Below, piece after piece: positions 29,939 to 39,383 of a stretch of 64,000 bases of DNA. The position numbers and the translations under genes are program-made. Source of the DNA: an uncultured Acidobacteriota bacterium (GTDB lineage Bacteria > Acidobacteriota > Thermoanaerobaculia > UBA5066 > Gp7-AA6); the NCBI GenBank assembly GCA_963764715.1, contig CAVXTP010000015.1:161693-225692 (forward strand). The letters are read 5' to 3'. How positions within the stretch are numbered: the first letter of the stretch is position 1; each line of letters begins with the position of its first letter. The notes under the pieces were generated by a model that saw only the letters and a list, made by a program, of their open reading frames with translations, did no database searches and was not told the origin of the DNA.

Positions 29939-30697
29939 TCACCTCGTCAGCAGCTCCGCGAACGCTCGCCACGCGCCGGTCTTCGAAATGGCCAGGCGGA
30001 TCGGCACGGAGACCAGGATGAGCGTCCCGCCCCACCGATAGACCCAGTGGACCCGGCGCCTCGAGACGAAGTCGTAGATCACGGCCGCGACGACGAAGAG
30101 GAACGCCAGGCCGAAGAACGCCGGGGGCCCTTTGCGCAGCATTCCGGGGAGGCGTGCGACGGCGGCCACGATGATGCTGATGTACGCGAGCAGCATGAGC
30201 CGCTTGTGCGCCTCCTTGTCGCGTCGCAGCGCCAGGGCCGCCGTGACGAAGGTCGCGAACAGGGCCATGTCGAAGAGCGGAATGGCCAGGAAGGCCAGCG
30301 GATCGACGCCCGGCGGCCCTGAGCCGCGCGCCGCGGTGAAGATGGCCGTGGACGTGCCGGCCACGAGCATCGCGGCCGCGAGCACCGCCCCCGCGACTCC
30401 CAGGCGGCGGTGCACCGCGACGCGATGGCTCGCGATCAGCGCCGTCTGGACGATGAAGAGCAGCACCCAGGCCGTGAAGAGCGCGCCGTGCACGTGGACG
30501 CGCGCGGTGAAGGGCCCGCCGCTGAACGTCGCCCTCGGGCCGCCGTCGAGGAATCGCAGGTAGTAGGTCGAGGCGAATCCCCCGAAGGCCGTGAGTCCCA
30601 TCGCGATCGCCATCCCGCCGTAGAACAGGCGGTCGTGCGCGCCGGCCGCAGGGACGGGCAAGCGCGAAGCGGTTCCGGCGTCCGAGGCTGCTGGCAT
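29939..30697 (-). CDS. Multi-pass membrane protein
   Basis: HVHGALFTAW...HRRLG...HKRLM. Confidence 0.8.
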   Translation of the reverse strand: MPAASDAGTASRLPVPAAGAHDRLFYGGMAIAMGLTAFGGFASTYYLRFLDGGPRATFSGGPFTARVHVHGALFTAWVLLFIVQTALIASHRVAVHRRLGVAGAVLAAAMLVAGTSTAIFTAARGSGPPGVDPLAFLAIPLFDMALFATFVTAALALRRDKEAHKRLMLLAYISIIVAAVARLPGMLRKGPPAFFGLAFLFVVAAVIYDFVSRRRVHWVYRWGGTLILVSVPIRLAISKTGAWRAFAELLTR

Positions 30698-30763
30698 GTG
30701 ATCGGGGCTCGTCGAAACCGTATCACGGCGAAGCGGTCCGAGGCGGAGTGCCCCGGTTGGACG

Positions 30764-31129
30764 TCAGTCTTCCCGCTCCATGAGCTCGAGGCGGTTTCCA
30801 AACGGATCCGTCGCGTAGACCCGCCGGTAGCCCGGCAGCAGGTCGTCGTCGACCACGTCCACTCCGGCCGCACGAAGACGCTGCGCCAGGGCGGCGAGGT
30901 CTCGAACCAGGAATGCCGGATGCGCCTTGAGAGCCGCGCGAAACTCCGGATCGACTCCGAGATGAATCCTCACGTCGCCGCGCTGGAACCACACTCCCCC
31001 TCTCCCGGCGAGCGCCCGGGGCTTCGGAACCTCGGGAACCTCCAGGAGCCCGGCGTAGAACTCGCGCGCCCTGTCCTCCCCGCCGCGCGGCATCGCGAGC
31101 TGGACGTGGTCGATCTTGATGATCGTCAT
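30764..31129 (-). CDS. VOC family protein
   Basis: IDHVQLAMP...DPFGNRLE. Confidence 0.9.
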   Translation of the reverse strand: MTIIKIDHVQLAMPRGGEDRAREFYAGLLEVPEVPKPRALAGRGGVWFQRGDVRIHLGVDPEFRAALKAHPAFLVRDLAALAQRLRAAGVDVVDDDLLPGYRRVYATDPFGNRLELMERED

Positions 31130-31224
31130 GGCTCCGCCTCGTGGCGCTCAAAACACATGAGGCACCATCCGTTTCGTGATCTCCGCGTCAGCACCGGACC
31201 CGCGGGCCTGCGCGAGACCGGCCT

Positions 31225-31617
31225 CTACCGCGCGCTTCCCGCCTTCAACCACCGGCCCGCGGCCTCGGCGCTGTCGTCGGGCCGCGTGTTGAAGGCGATC
31301 GCCGCGCGCGGGGCCGCCTTGTGAACGGCATTGATCACGGCTTCGAAATCCCCGAGTCTCCGAGGCGGCAGGCGGACGCCCGCGCCGACGACGACGCAGT
31401 CGTAGCTCTTCGACGTCAGCAGATGCTCCACGGTCGACCCGACGGACTCGTCCGGCCGGATGAAGCCGACGTCGCTCTCCCACCCGCGCTCGGCGAACTG
31501 CTTGAGAGCAACCGCGATGCCGGCGTGGACCTTCTCGACGCTCATGCCGGGTGGCAACGCCGGGTCGGAAAAATCCACCGTCTCCGGATCGTAGCCGAGA
31601 AGCAGAACACGTGGCAT
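31225..31617 (-). CDS. Hypothetical protein
   Basis: YDCVVVGAGVR...IAFN; AGGAGG RBS. Confidence 0.75.
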   Translation of the reverse strand: MPRVLLLGYDPETVDFSDPALPPGMSVEKVHAGIAVALKQFAERGWESDVGFIRPDESVGSTVEHLLTSKSYDCVVVGAGVRLPPRRLGDFEAVINAVHKAAPRAAIAFNTRPDDSAEAAGRWLKAGSAR

Positions 31618-31641
31618 GAGACCTCCTTTGCCTTTCGGCAG

Positions 31642-32052
31642 TCAGCGTCCGGTGGAGACGCCCTCGAGTTGACTCTCGTACTCCGCCTCGTCGAAGTGGC
31701 CGAGCGACTTCGCGATGAGCCCGTCCGCGCCGACGACCCACTCCTCGTACCCGCTGATGTGGACGCGACGGCCGGTGCCGCCGGGGCCCGTGTTCGTGCC
31801 GACGAGCGTCCAGCGGTAGAGGAAGCCCGGTCCGTCCGCCTCGACCGCGTCCATGCGCACGATCATGTCGGGGAAGGCGGACATGAAGCCTCGGGCGGCG
31901 GCGGCGATCGCGGCTCGCCCGACGGACGGGGCTCCGTCGTTGATCGTGAGCGAGCCGTCCTCGGCAAAGAACGCGGCCACCTGCGAGGGGTCCTGGCTGC
32001 ACCAGGCCGCGGTGTACCGGGACGCGATCGACCGGATGCCGGCGAGGTCCAT
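31642..32052 (-). CDS. SnoaL-like/ester cyclase protein
   Basis: AFPD...WTLVGTNTGPGGTG. Confidence 0.8.
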   Translation of the reverse strand: MDLAGIRSIASRYTAAWCSQDPSQVAAFFAEDGSLTINDGAPSVGRAAIAAAARGFMSAFPDMIVRMDAVEADGPGFLYRWTLVGTNTGPGGTGRRVHISGYEEWVVGADGLIAKSLGHFDEAEYESQLEGVSTGR

Positions 32053-32057
32053 GGGCC

Positions 32058-32579
32058 TCACTTTCCCGCGGCCGCAGGCGGTGGCGCCGTGCTGTTCCAG
32101 ATTTCCCGCGCGAACTGCCAGCGCCCGTCGGGTCGCCGCCTCCACACCTGCATGTAGTGGCCGCGATCCACGGCCGGATCGCCGCCGCCCGCCGCGGGCT
32201 CGAGGCCCCATTCGTAGCTCCCGACTTCGACGGCCCAGCCCGCCCCGACGAAGACCTCGCGGTCCCCGAGGACCAGCGACGACGTCCGGAACTGCGACAG
32301 GAACGCGGCATACCACTCGCGCATCGCCGCCTTGCCGCGGATGGCGGCTTCGCCGGGCGGCATCATCACGACGTCGTCCGCGACGAACGAGAACAGCCTG
32401 TCGGCATCGTTCGTCCTCAGCGCCTGGTGAAACTTCTCGGTCGTGGCCTCGACCTCGGCGCGCCCGGGTTTCCCGTCGCCGCCGGCGGCCGACGGCTCCG
32501 GACCGGCACAGCTCAGGAGGGCCACGAGGCACGAGGCGACGGCGAGCATCCGGGCGGCCTCGAGGGTTCTCACGTACAT
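32058..32579 (-). CDS. DUF4440/YybH NTF2-like lipoprotein
   Basis: LLSC lipobox; MMPPG...VWRRRPDGRW. Confidence 0.78.
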   Translation of the reverse strand: MYVRTLEAARMLAVASCLVALLSCAGPEPSAAGGDGKPGRAEVEATTEKFHQALRTNDADRLFSFVADDVVMMPPGEAAIRGKAAMREWYAAFLSQFRTSSLVLGDREVFVGAGWAVEVGSYEWGLEPAAGGGDPAVDRGHYMQVWRRRPDGRWQFAREIWNSTAPPPAAAGK

Positions 32580-32878
32580 GTCACGGCGATTCGCTTCCCG
32601 AAGCGTGACCATACCCTCGCTACCCGCCGCACACGAGCACGATCTTGCCCGTCACGCCTCCCTCGCCCAGAAGCTCGTGCGCCTTTCTCGCCTCGGCCAA
32701 AGGGAATCGCCGCGCGATGAGCGGCTTGATCTTCTGCTGCTGGAGGAGGTCGAACAGGGCCGTCAGGAAGCCGCGGGCGATGCCCGCAGCACTCCGGCCG
32801 CAGCCACGAGGATGCAGAGCGTCCGGCCGAACCGCCTGCCGATTTCACCCGACATGCTCTTCCCCCTTTCTTTCGAGT

Positions 32879-33631
32879 TCATTCTGCTTCGTTCTTCCCG
32901 GTCGCTGCACGGAGGAAGACGGTCTGCCCGACCGCCAGCCGGCCGATGCGGGTGACGGTCCCGTAGATTCCGGCGTTGTTCCCGTTCGCGCGAACGACCG
33001 CCTTCAGCATTTCCGGCGCGGAGCTGGCCGAGTCGGGATCGAGGTTCACCATCGAGCAGCGAACGTCGCGCATCGTGACGGCGACGGCCGGGGCTTCCGC
33101 CCCCTCGCCGAACGAGAGCACGCCGCCCAGCCACTCGTCCTCCTGGAAGGCCCCCGGCCGCGCGAGGCGAACGACGACGTTCGGACGAAATCGCCGCACG
33201 TCCGGGCTTCGCCCGGCGAGCCTCGAGATCTCGCGCACCGTGTCCACCGCGATCACGGAGATGCAGGCGTCGTCGAAGATGCCGTGTCTCAACTGCATCA
33301 TCTGCACCGGAGAGCCGTGCCGGCGTCCGACCTCCGCGGCCAGGCCCTCCCCGAAGACGGGCATCGCCTCGCCCTCCGGTGTCCGAACGTGCGTCGGAAG
33401 GTCTCCCGGAGCACCGTCTTCACGGCGCTGCGGGGTGAACAGGAGCAGCTCGGGAAGCCGGCTCGCCGACAGCCAGGGGAACCCGCTGTGGTCAGCCATC
33501 CGCCGGAAAGCGAGGCGCCTGTCCCCATCGACGCCGTGCCAGCCCAGCTCGGCAACCTCGAGCCGTTCGCCGCCCATGGACTTCACGGGATACCGGAAGA
33601 TCGCCTCGACCTGTCCGATTTCCATGAGCAT
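32879..33631 (-). CDS. MOSC domain protein
   Basis: RYPVKS, GDR, RRFRPN, RC. Confidence 0.9.
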   Translation of the reverse strand: MLMEIGQVEAIFRYPVKSMGGERLEVAELGWHGVDGDRRLAFRRMADHSGFPWLSASRLPELLLFTPQRREDGAPGDLPTHVRTPEGEAMPVFGEGLAAEVGRRHGSPVQMMQLRHGIFDDACISVIAVDTVREISRLAGRSPDVRRFRPNVVVRLARPGAFQEDEWLGGVLSFGEGAEAPAVAVTMRDVRCSMVNLDPDSASSAPEMLKAVVRANGNNAGIYGTVTRIGRLAVGQTVFLRAATGKNEAE

Positions 33632-33643
33632 GCGGGTTCGAGG

Positions 33644-34309
33644 CTACTTGAGCTCGAACTCGACGAGGATGCCCTTCTCGGGCCCGCGGTTCGTGAAGGA
33701 GTGCGTGACGGCGGTGTCGACCCAGTGCAGGTCGCCCGCCTTGACCGCGTGCTCCATGGACGCGCCGTCGGGCGAGGTCATGCCGAGATCGACGGCGGTA
33801 GCGGCGACGAGCAGGTACGGCCGCGCGTGGGTATGCGGCGCCGTGGCCGCGCCTGGCGCGAGGTCGTAGCGGTACACACGCATCTTCTCGTTCTCGGCCG
33901 CGGGTGCCGAGATCGCCGGTACGACGGGGCCCGGCGGGCGCCCCAGAATCTGGACGTCGATCACGTCGAACACGGTGGTCCCGAGGTTGTGAACGCGATG
34001 CGTGAGCGGTTTGGCCTCGTTGTTTCGAGCGGAGACGAGACCGGGCTGAACAGATTCGTCCGGACCGAGGGGCTGGCCCGGGCTGTCCGCCGCGACGGTG
34101 GCCGTGCTCAACCGGACCGCGCCATCATCGTGGGAATGGACGTGCATGAGCGATTGCTGGCCGGGTTCGAGCGTCACCCGAAATGCCTGGACGTACTCGT
34201 TCTTGAACACCGTCCTGTGATGCGGCTCTTCCTCCACGGGCACGGCGCCATCCTGGGAAGGCGCCATGGCGGCGAGGAATGCAAGCAGCCCGACGAGACG
34301 GAGAGTCAT
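33644..34309 (-). CDS. Secreted double-cupin protein
   Basis: Two cupin repeats (HVHSH; HTH). Confidence 0.75.
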   Translation of the reverse strand: MTLRLVGLLAFLAAMAPSQDGAVPVEEEPHHRTVFKNEYVQAFRVTLEPGQQSLMHVHSHDDGAVRLSTATVAADSPGQPLGPDESVQPGLVSARNNEAKPLTHRVHNLGTTVFDVIDVQILGRPPGPVVPAISAPAAENEKMRVYRYDLAPGAATAPHTHARPYLLVAATAVDLGMTSPDGASMEHAVKAGDLHWVDTAVTHSFTNRGPEKGILVEFELK

Positions 34310-34376
34310 GCGTGTTCCTCACGACGGCGAGGGAGCCGCGCGGAATCATAGACCATGCATCCCGACGGATCGCGCG

Positions 34377-34787
34377 TCAAAACAACGCCCGGAGGAACGC
34401 GGCCGCTTCATCCGAGATGCCGACGATCTTGTTCGTCGCCTGCCGATAGAACTTGAAATTGAGCTCGGTCTCCGGCCGGCCGTCGTCCCGTTGGACGAAC
34501 GGTTTGAGCTCGCTCCGTCCCAGGCGCCGTTTCGCGAGCCCGGTGCGCCGGATGGTGATGCTCACGCGCGGCGTCTGCCGGGCGATCCCGCGTTTCCTGG
34601 CGACCGCCCGGGCCGAGGTGACGACGCCGCGCGCGACGAGACCCGGCCCGCCCTCGTTCTCGCTCGCGAAGACGAAGATCGCGTCGCCCCGGGCGACGTT
34701 TTCGCCGCCATACATCGTCTTCTGCGCCGGGAACGCGAACGTCCGCGCCCGGGGATCGCTGACCTCGGCTTTGATCGCGAAGGGCAT
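34377..34787 (-). CDS. Hypothetical protein
   Basis: QKTMYGG...ASENEGG...FYRQATNK. Confidence 0.7.
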   Translation of the reverse strand: MPFAIKAEVSDPRARTFAFPAQKTMYGGENVARGDAIFVFASENEGGPGLVARGVVTSARAVARKRGIARQTPRVSITIRRTGLAKRRLGRSELKPFVQRDDGRPETELNFKFYRQATNKIVGISDEAAAFLRALF

Positions 34788-34804
34788 GCTTCTCGTCTCC
34801 CGCC

Positions 34805-35233
34805 TCAGAGCGGATAAGTCACGACGACCGCGGAGTCGTCCTCCACCTTTCCCCCGGTGCGCGCGTACAGCCCTCGCGCCGGCGCGTTGCCGCGACTCGT
34901 CAGGACGAAGGCCTCGAACATTCCTTCGGCTCGAGCGAGCGCGACGATCTCGCGAAGCAGCGCCGTCCCCACGCCCCGGCGGCGCCACTCCTCCGCGACG
35001 CCGACCTCGTAGACGAACATCTGGCAGGCTTCGCGATCGGCCCGCTCCGGGCGATAGGCCGTCAGAAAGCCCACGATCCGCCCGCCGGCCTCCGCCACCA
35101 GAATGTAGTTTGCGGGGTTGCGCAGAAAGGCCCCGAGCGAGCCGACCGAGCGCGACGCGTTCTTGAAGGTGCGCACCGCGTCCTCGGCCTTTTCCCCGTC
35201 GTCCGGCCCGAGCCTCCTGATCCGCGTCGTCAT
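34805..35233 (-). CDS. GNAT acetyltransferase
   Basis: VAEEWRRRGVG...NAPARGLY. Confidence 0.85.
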   Translation of the reverse strand: MTTRIRRLGPDDGEKAEDAVRTFKNASRSVGSLGAFLRNPANYILVAEAGGRIVGFLTAYRPERADREACQMFVYEVGVAEEWRRRGVGTALLREIVALARAEGMFEAFVLTSRGNAPARGLYARTGGKVEDDSAVVVTYPL

Positions 35234-35243
35234 CGGCACCCGC

Positions 35244-35981
35244 TCAGTCACAGTGAAAATGAAACCGGTGTCCGGCGAGGTCTTCGAGCGTGAACTGCGT
35301 CAGCCCCCAGGGCTTTTTCTCCAGCGGCTCCGCGATCCTCGCACCCGAAGATCGGAGCTCCGCGTACGCGGCGTCGATGTCTCCGGCGAATACCCAGTGA
35401 ACCGCGGGTTCGAAAGTTCCCTGTCGTCGCCGGAAGAAGATGACCGCATTTCCCCGTGAGACGGCGCCGATCTCCTTCCCCGGATAGAGCCATCCGATCT
35501 CGAAGCCGAGAACGTCGCGATAGTACTGCTGTGCCTGTTCGACGTCGGCGACCGGCAGCTCCGGTACCGCCTCCCCGATCGGAGTCGAGCCCCGGGCGAG
35601 TGCATCGCGCGCCGGAGCTTCGGAGAAGCAGAGGATGTAGCCGTCCGGGTCCTCGACCTGGAAATCCAGCGTTCCCCACGGACGCTCCCCGAGCGGTTGC
35701 GTGATCGGAGCGCCGCGCCCGACGAGCTCGTCATGCAGCGCACGGACCCCGGATATGTCGAGGAAGGCGTCGAGGTGCTCGCCCGACTTGCGGTGGGCCC
35801 GCTCGGCGTCGAGCCTGGGGGCGCACTTGAGATGGATCGGAGCGCCGTCTCGCGACACGCTCGCGTAGAAATCGCCGTAGACGAAGTCCGTCGTGAAGCC
35901 GAGGCGATCTTCGTAGAATGCGATCGCGTCACGGAGGTTGCGGACCAGAAACTGGGGAGCCGCTCGCCTGATCGTCGGCAT
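35244..35981 (-). CDS. Tandem double VOC protein
   Basis: Two VOC modules, each ending PWG...D-x-x-G. Confidence 0.8.
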   Translation of the reverse strand: MPTIRRAAPQFLVRNLRDAIAFYEDRLGFTTDFVYGDFYASVSRDGAPIHLKCAPRLDAERAHRKSGEHLDAFLDISGVRALHDELVGRGAPITQPLGERPWGTLDFQVEDPDGYILCFSEAPARDALARGSTPIGEAVPELPVADVEQAQQYYRDVLGFEIGWLYPGKEIGAVSRGNAVIFFRRRQGTFEPAVHWVFAGDIDAAYAELRSSGARIAEPLEKKPWGLTQFTLEDLAGHRFHFHCD

Positions 35982-36102
35982 GTCGTAGACCTCCGAGGAA
36001 GCTGGCCTGGACGCCCATCCTATGGCCGCCATGCCGGCCGCTGGAATCCGGGGCGCGGCGTGAGAAGATCGGGTCACCCTCTCCCTGCGAACGGAGGAAG
36101 CC

Positions 36103-36420
36103 TTGAAGAACACCCTGCGGATCGCCGCCTGGCCGCTCGTCCTCGTGGCGCTGCTTCTGTTCTCGACGGAGCGAGCGGTCGGATCGCCGCCGCCGAAGGC
36201 CGACGCGCCCCGGGCCGACTGCGCCTTCAGCAACCCCGGATACTCGGGCTGGTGCCGGCAGACGGTCCCGATCCCGGCGGGCTCGACGCCGAGGCAGGCG
36301 TGCGAGGCCGTGCTGAGCTGCCTGAACGGCAACGCATGCCCGTCCAACTACTGCAACGCCCAGAACATCCGCAGCGGCTGGAGACTGGAAGAGGCAAAGC
36401 CTTCGACGCCGCCGCGCTGA
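36103..36420 (+). CDS. Small secreted protein with six cysteines
   Basis: GGAGG RBS, signal peptide, six Cys. Confidence 0.7.
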   Translation: MKNTLRIAAWPLVLVALLLFSTERAVGSPPPKADAPRADCAFSNPGYSGWCRQTVPIPAGSTPRQACEAVLSCLNGNACPSNYCNAQNIRSGWRLEEAKPSTPPR

Positions 36421-36449
36421 CGCGTTCCTGACTCCCCGGTGCTCGCCGG

Positions 36450-36875
36450 CTACGGAAGCCAGCCGGGCAACGCCGCCGCCTGCTTCACCCACTTCGCCAT
36501 CCGGGCCTCGTCGAGATCGTCCTCGTGGATGTCGATCCAGCGCGCTTCCTTGCTCGTGCCTCCGGGTGGAACGGGCCGCAGCGACGTGCCTCGGAAGAAG
36601 GTCGTCTTGACGTAGCGGGTGAAGACGTGGAACGACAGGAACCAGCCCTGGCCCTCGATGCCGTAAAACGGCGAATTCCACTTCACGGCCTTGCGCACGT
36701 CGGGCACGTGGCGAACGACGAGGGCGTCGAGGCGCTTCCCGATGTCGTGCTTCCAGCCCGGCATCGCGGCGATGTACGCCTTCACCGGGGCGTCGCCGTC
36801 CGCCTTCGCGATGCGCGGGTTGCCGCCCGAGAGCAGGACGGCGGCCTTCCCGCCCTTTCGAGCTTTCTTCGGCAT
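36450..36875 (-). CDS. DUF1801 family protein
   Basis: KAVKWNSPFYG. Confidence 0.85.
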   Translation of the reverse strand: MPKKARKGGKAAVLLSGGNPRIAKADGDAPVKAYIAAMPGWKHDIGKRLDALVVRHVPDVRKAVKWNSPFYGIEGQGWFLSFHVFTRYVKTTFFRGTSLRPVPPGGTSKEARWIDIHEDDLDEARMAKWVKQAAALPGWLP

Positions 36876-36955
36876 CAGGGCCTCCTCCGGGCCTGTCAGA
36901 TTGGCGGACCACGGCCCGTCAGTCAACCGGCGAAATGCCGCCTTCTCGTCAGAAA

Positions 36956-36992
36956 ATATGCCTTGACAGGCATATGACCCAATAGGTATATA
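36956..36992 (+). promoter_or_regulatory. Sigma70 promoter with palindromic operator
   Basis: TTGACA...TATATA; inverted repeat ATATGCCT-tgac-AGGCATAT over the -35 box. Confidence 0.65.
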
Positions 36993-37000
36993 TACACGCC

Positions 37001-37333
37001 ATGGAATCTTCGTTCGCGATCATCGCGGAGCCGAACCGCCGGACCATCCTCGGCCTGCTCGCGTCGTCGGAGCGCTCCGTCGGCGAAATCGAGCGCCGGC
37101 TGCGGATGCCGCAGACCTCCGTGTCCAAGCACCTCCGCGTGCTGCGCGAGGCCGGATTCGTGGAGGCGCGCGTCGAGGCCCAGCGGCGCGTCTACCGGCT
37201 CCGGCCCGAGCCGCTCATGGAGGTCGACGCCTGGCTGGAGCCTTTCCGGCGCTTCTGGACGGCCCACGTCGATGCGCTCGAACGCCATCTCGATCGGATG
37301 GAACGGACATCCAGGAAAGGAAAGAAGCGATGA
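37001..37333 (+). CDS. ArsR family regulator
   Basis: AEPNRRTIL...VSKHLRVLREAG. Confidence 0.9.
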   Translation: MESSFAIIAEPNRRTILGLLASSERSVGEIERRLRMPQTSVSKHLRVLREAGFVEARVEAQRRVYRLRPEPLMEVDAWLEPFRRFWTAHVDALERHLDRMERTSRKGKKR

Positions 37334-37899
37334 GCAACCGTAAGGAGTACGCGCCCGGCCCCGCGGCCGGGGCCGAGGTCCGGAAAGATGGAGAGAAGTG
37401 GACGCTCGTTCTCGTCCGCGACCTCCGCCACCCTCCCGCAACGGTCTGGAAGGCGCTCACGGACCCCGAGGAGCTCCGCGAATGGGCCCCGTTCGACTCC
37501 GACCGGAGCCTCGGCGCCGTCGGCACCGCGATGCTCTCGACGGTGGGAGCGCCGACGCCGCAGGTGACCGAGACGCAGGTCAAGCGGGCCGACGCTCCCA
37601 GGTTGCTCGAGTTCAACTGGGGTGGACAGGACATCCGCTGGGAGCTGGAGCCGCACGGAGGCGGCGGCACGCGCCTCACGCTCTGGCACAACATCGACCG
37701 ACGCTTCATTTCGATGGGCGCCGCGGGCTGGCACATCTGCTTCGACGTGCTGGATCGGCTTCTCGCCGGCGAGCCCGTCGGACGCATCGTCGGCGCCGAG
37801 GCCATGAAGTTCGGCGGCTGGCAGCGATTGAACGCCGAGTACGCGAAGCAGTTCGGCGTCGAGACCCCCGGCTGGCCGCAAAGCGCCCCGCGGGCTTGA
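37330..37899 (+). CDS. SRPBCC family protein
   Basis: HPPATVWKALTDP...AAGWH. Confidence 0.85.
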   Translation: MSNRKEYAPGPAAGAEVRKDGEKWTLVLVRDLRHPPATVWKALTDPEELREWAPFDSDRSLGAVGTAMLSTVGAPTPQVTETQVKRADAPRLLEFNWGGQDIRWELEPHGGGGTRLTLWHNIDRRFISMGAAGWHICFDVLDRLLAGEPVGRIVGAEAMKFGGWQRLNAEYAKQFGVETPGWPQSAPRA

Positions 37900-37912
37900 A
37901 GGAGGGACGGAC

Positions 37913-38302
37913 ATGAGCATGCCCCGCTTCAGGGGAATCGCCATCGGCTTCTGGATCTTCACCGCGCTCTTCTGCCTGCAGATAGGCTTCACCGCCTATG
38001 CGCAGCTGCGCCTGCCGCAGGTGGCGGAGATGTTCACCCACCTCGGCTTCCCCGCCTACTTCCGGGTGGAGCTCTCGTGGGCCAAGCTCCTCGGCGTGGC
38101 GCTGCTGCTCGCGCCCGTGCCGGCGCGGCTCAAGGAGTGGGCCTACGCCGGCTTCGCCATCACCCTCGGCTCGGCGCTCATCGCCCACTTCGCGGTGGGC
38201 GATGGCCCGGCGGTGTGGGGCTGGGCGGCGGCCACCGGCGTGCTCTGGGGGCTCTCGTACTTCTTCTGGCGCCGCCTGCAGGCCACGCCGGCGATCGCCT
38301 GA
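37913..38302 (+). CDS. DoxX-like membrane protein
   Basis: HLGFP...LKEWAYAG. Confidence 0.85.
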   Translation: MSMPRFRGIAIGFWIFTALFCLQIGFTAYAQLRLPQVAEMFTHLGFPAYFRVELSWAKLLGVALLLAPVPARLKEWAYAGFAITLGSALIAHFAVGDGPAVWGWAAATGVLWGLSYFFWRRLQATPAIA

Positions 38303-38338
38303 CGGCGCGCTGAGCACCGCCTTTCCGACGGAGACGAC

Positions 38339-38860
38339 ATGAACCCTTCCGAGCGCATCGACAAGGCGATCGCCGATCACGCCGACTGGCGGGGTCAAAC
38401 GCTGGCGGAAGTCCGTCGCATCATCCGCGCGACCGTCCCCGACGTGACGGAAGACTGGAAGTGGATGGGCACGCCCACGTGGAGCCACGACGGCATCCTC
38501 TGCATCTGCAACGTCTTCAAGGACATGGTGAAGGTGACCTTCATCAACGGCGCGAAGATCGAGGACATGGGCGGCGTCTTCAATGCCGAGCTCGCCGGCA
38601 ACAGGTGGCGCGCCATCAAGATCTTCCAGGGCGACAGGGTGAACGCGAGCGGCCTGAAGAAGGCTCTCCTCGCCGCCGTGGAGTTCAACGCCGCCAGCGG
38701 AAAGGGCAAAGCCAGATCAACTGCCGCGGCGGGCGGCGCACGAACCGGGAAGCCGGCCGCAGCCAAGACGAAGCCGGCCGGGACCGCAGGGAAAACGAAG
38801 GGCGCCAGGATCGCGGCGAAGGCAAAGCGTCCGACCCCCCGCGGCGGCAGATCGCGTTAG
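38339..38860 (+). CDS. DUF1801 family protein
   Basis: EDWKWMGTPTW...VKVTF. Confidence 0.85.
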   Translation: MNPSERIDKAIADHADWRGQTLAEVRRIIRATVPDVTEDWKWMGTPTWSHDGILCICNVFKDMVKVTFINGAKIEDMGGVFNAELAGNRWRAIKIFQGDRVNASGLKKALLAAVEFNAASGKGKARSTAAAGGARTGKPAAAKTKPAGTAGKTKGARIAAKAKRPTPRGGRSR

Positions 38861-38916
38861 GCTGGTCTCCCCCGCTCGGCGGTTACGGCTGTCAGGCCGC
38901 GCGCGGTAACGCGGTG

Positions 38917-39315
38917 CTAGGCCAGCTCATAGCTCAGGGTGAAGGGATGCTCCATGCCGTGCCCAACCGCGGAGCTGCCATCGCCCAGGAGGCCCAGCAG
39001 TTGTCCCGTCGCGGAGCCGGGGATGACGGAGTAGGACTCCTTCGCCTGCCCGCTCTCGAATAGGCCCGTGCGTTGGAGCACGAAAGTGCCGGTCCTGCCG
39101 CCGACTCGCCCGACGACCCGCTCGAGGCCCACGAAGGTGGCCGAGCCGTCGCTGCGATACATCATCAGGTACTCGACCTCGCCATCTCCCTCGATATCGC
39201 CTGTGTAGGTCTTGGTCACCCTGGCCCGAGTGAGCCTTGGCTGGTCCGGGCCCTCACTGTAGGGCTTCTCATCCCAGCTCTTGATGGCGAACCGGGCGTT
39301 CGCGGTCTTTTTCAT
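38917..39315 (-). CDS. DUF3224 family protein
   Basis: WDEKPY...VIPGSATG. Confidence 0.85.
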   Translation of the reverse strand: MKKTANARFAIKSWDEKPYSEGPDQPRLTRARVTKTYTGDIEGDGEVEYLMMYRSDGSATFVGLERVVGRVGGRTGTFVLQRTGLFESGQAKESYSVIPGSATGQLLGLLGDGSSAVGHGMEHPFTLSYELA

Positions 39316-39383
39316 GAGCGACCTCCTCCGGCTGATGAAGAGTGGCGAGTCCACTGCACCCGCCGGTCAGGGCGCGGCATCAT

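Noticed and set aside
214-39000. Many long Arg/Pro/Ala-rich overlapping ORFs (e.g. 214..2034, 15720..17513, 21250..22677)
   Set aside because: Shadow ORFs expected at high GC, lying opposite or out of frame with recognisable genes.
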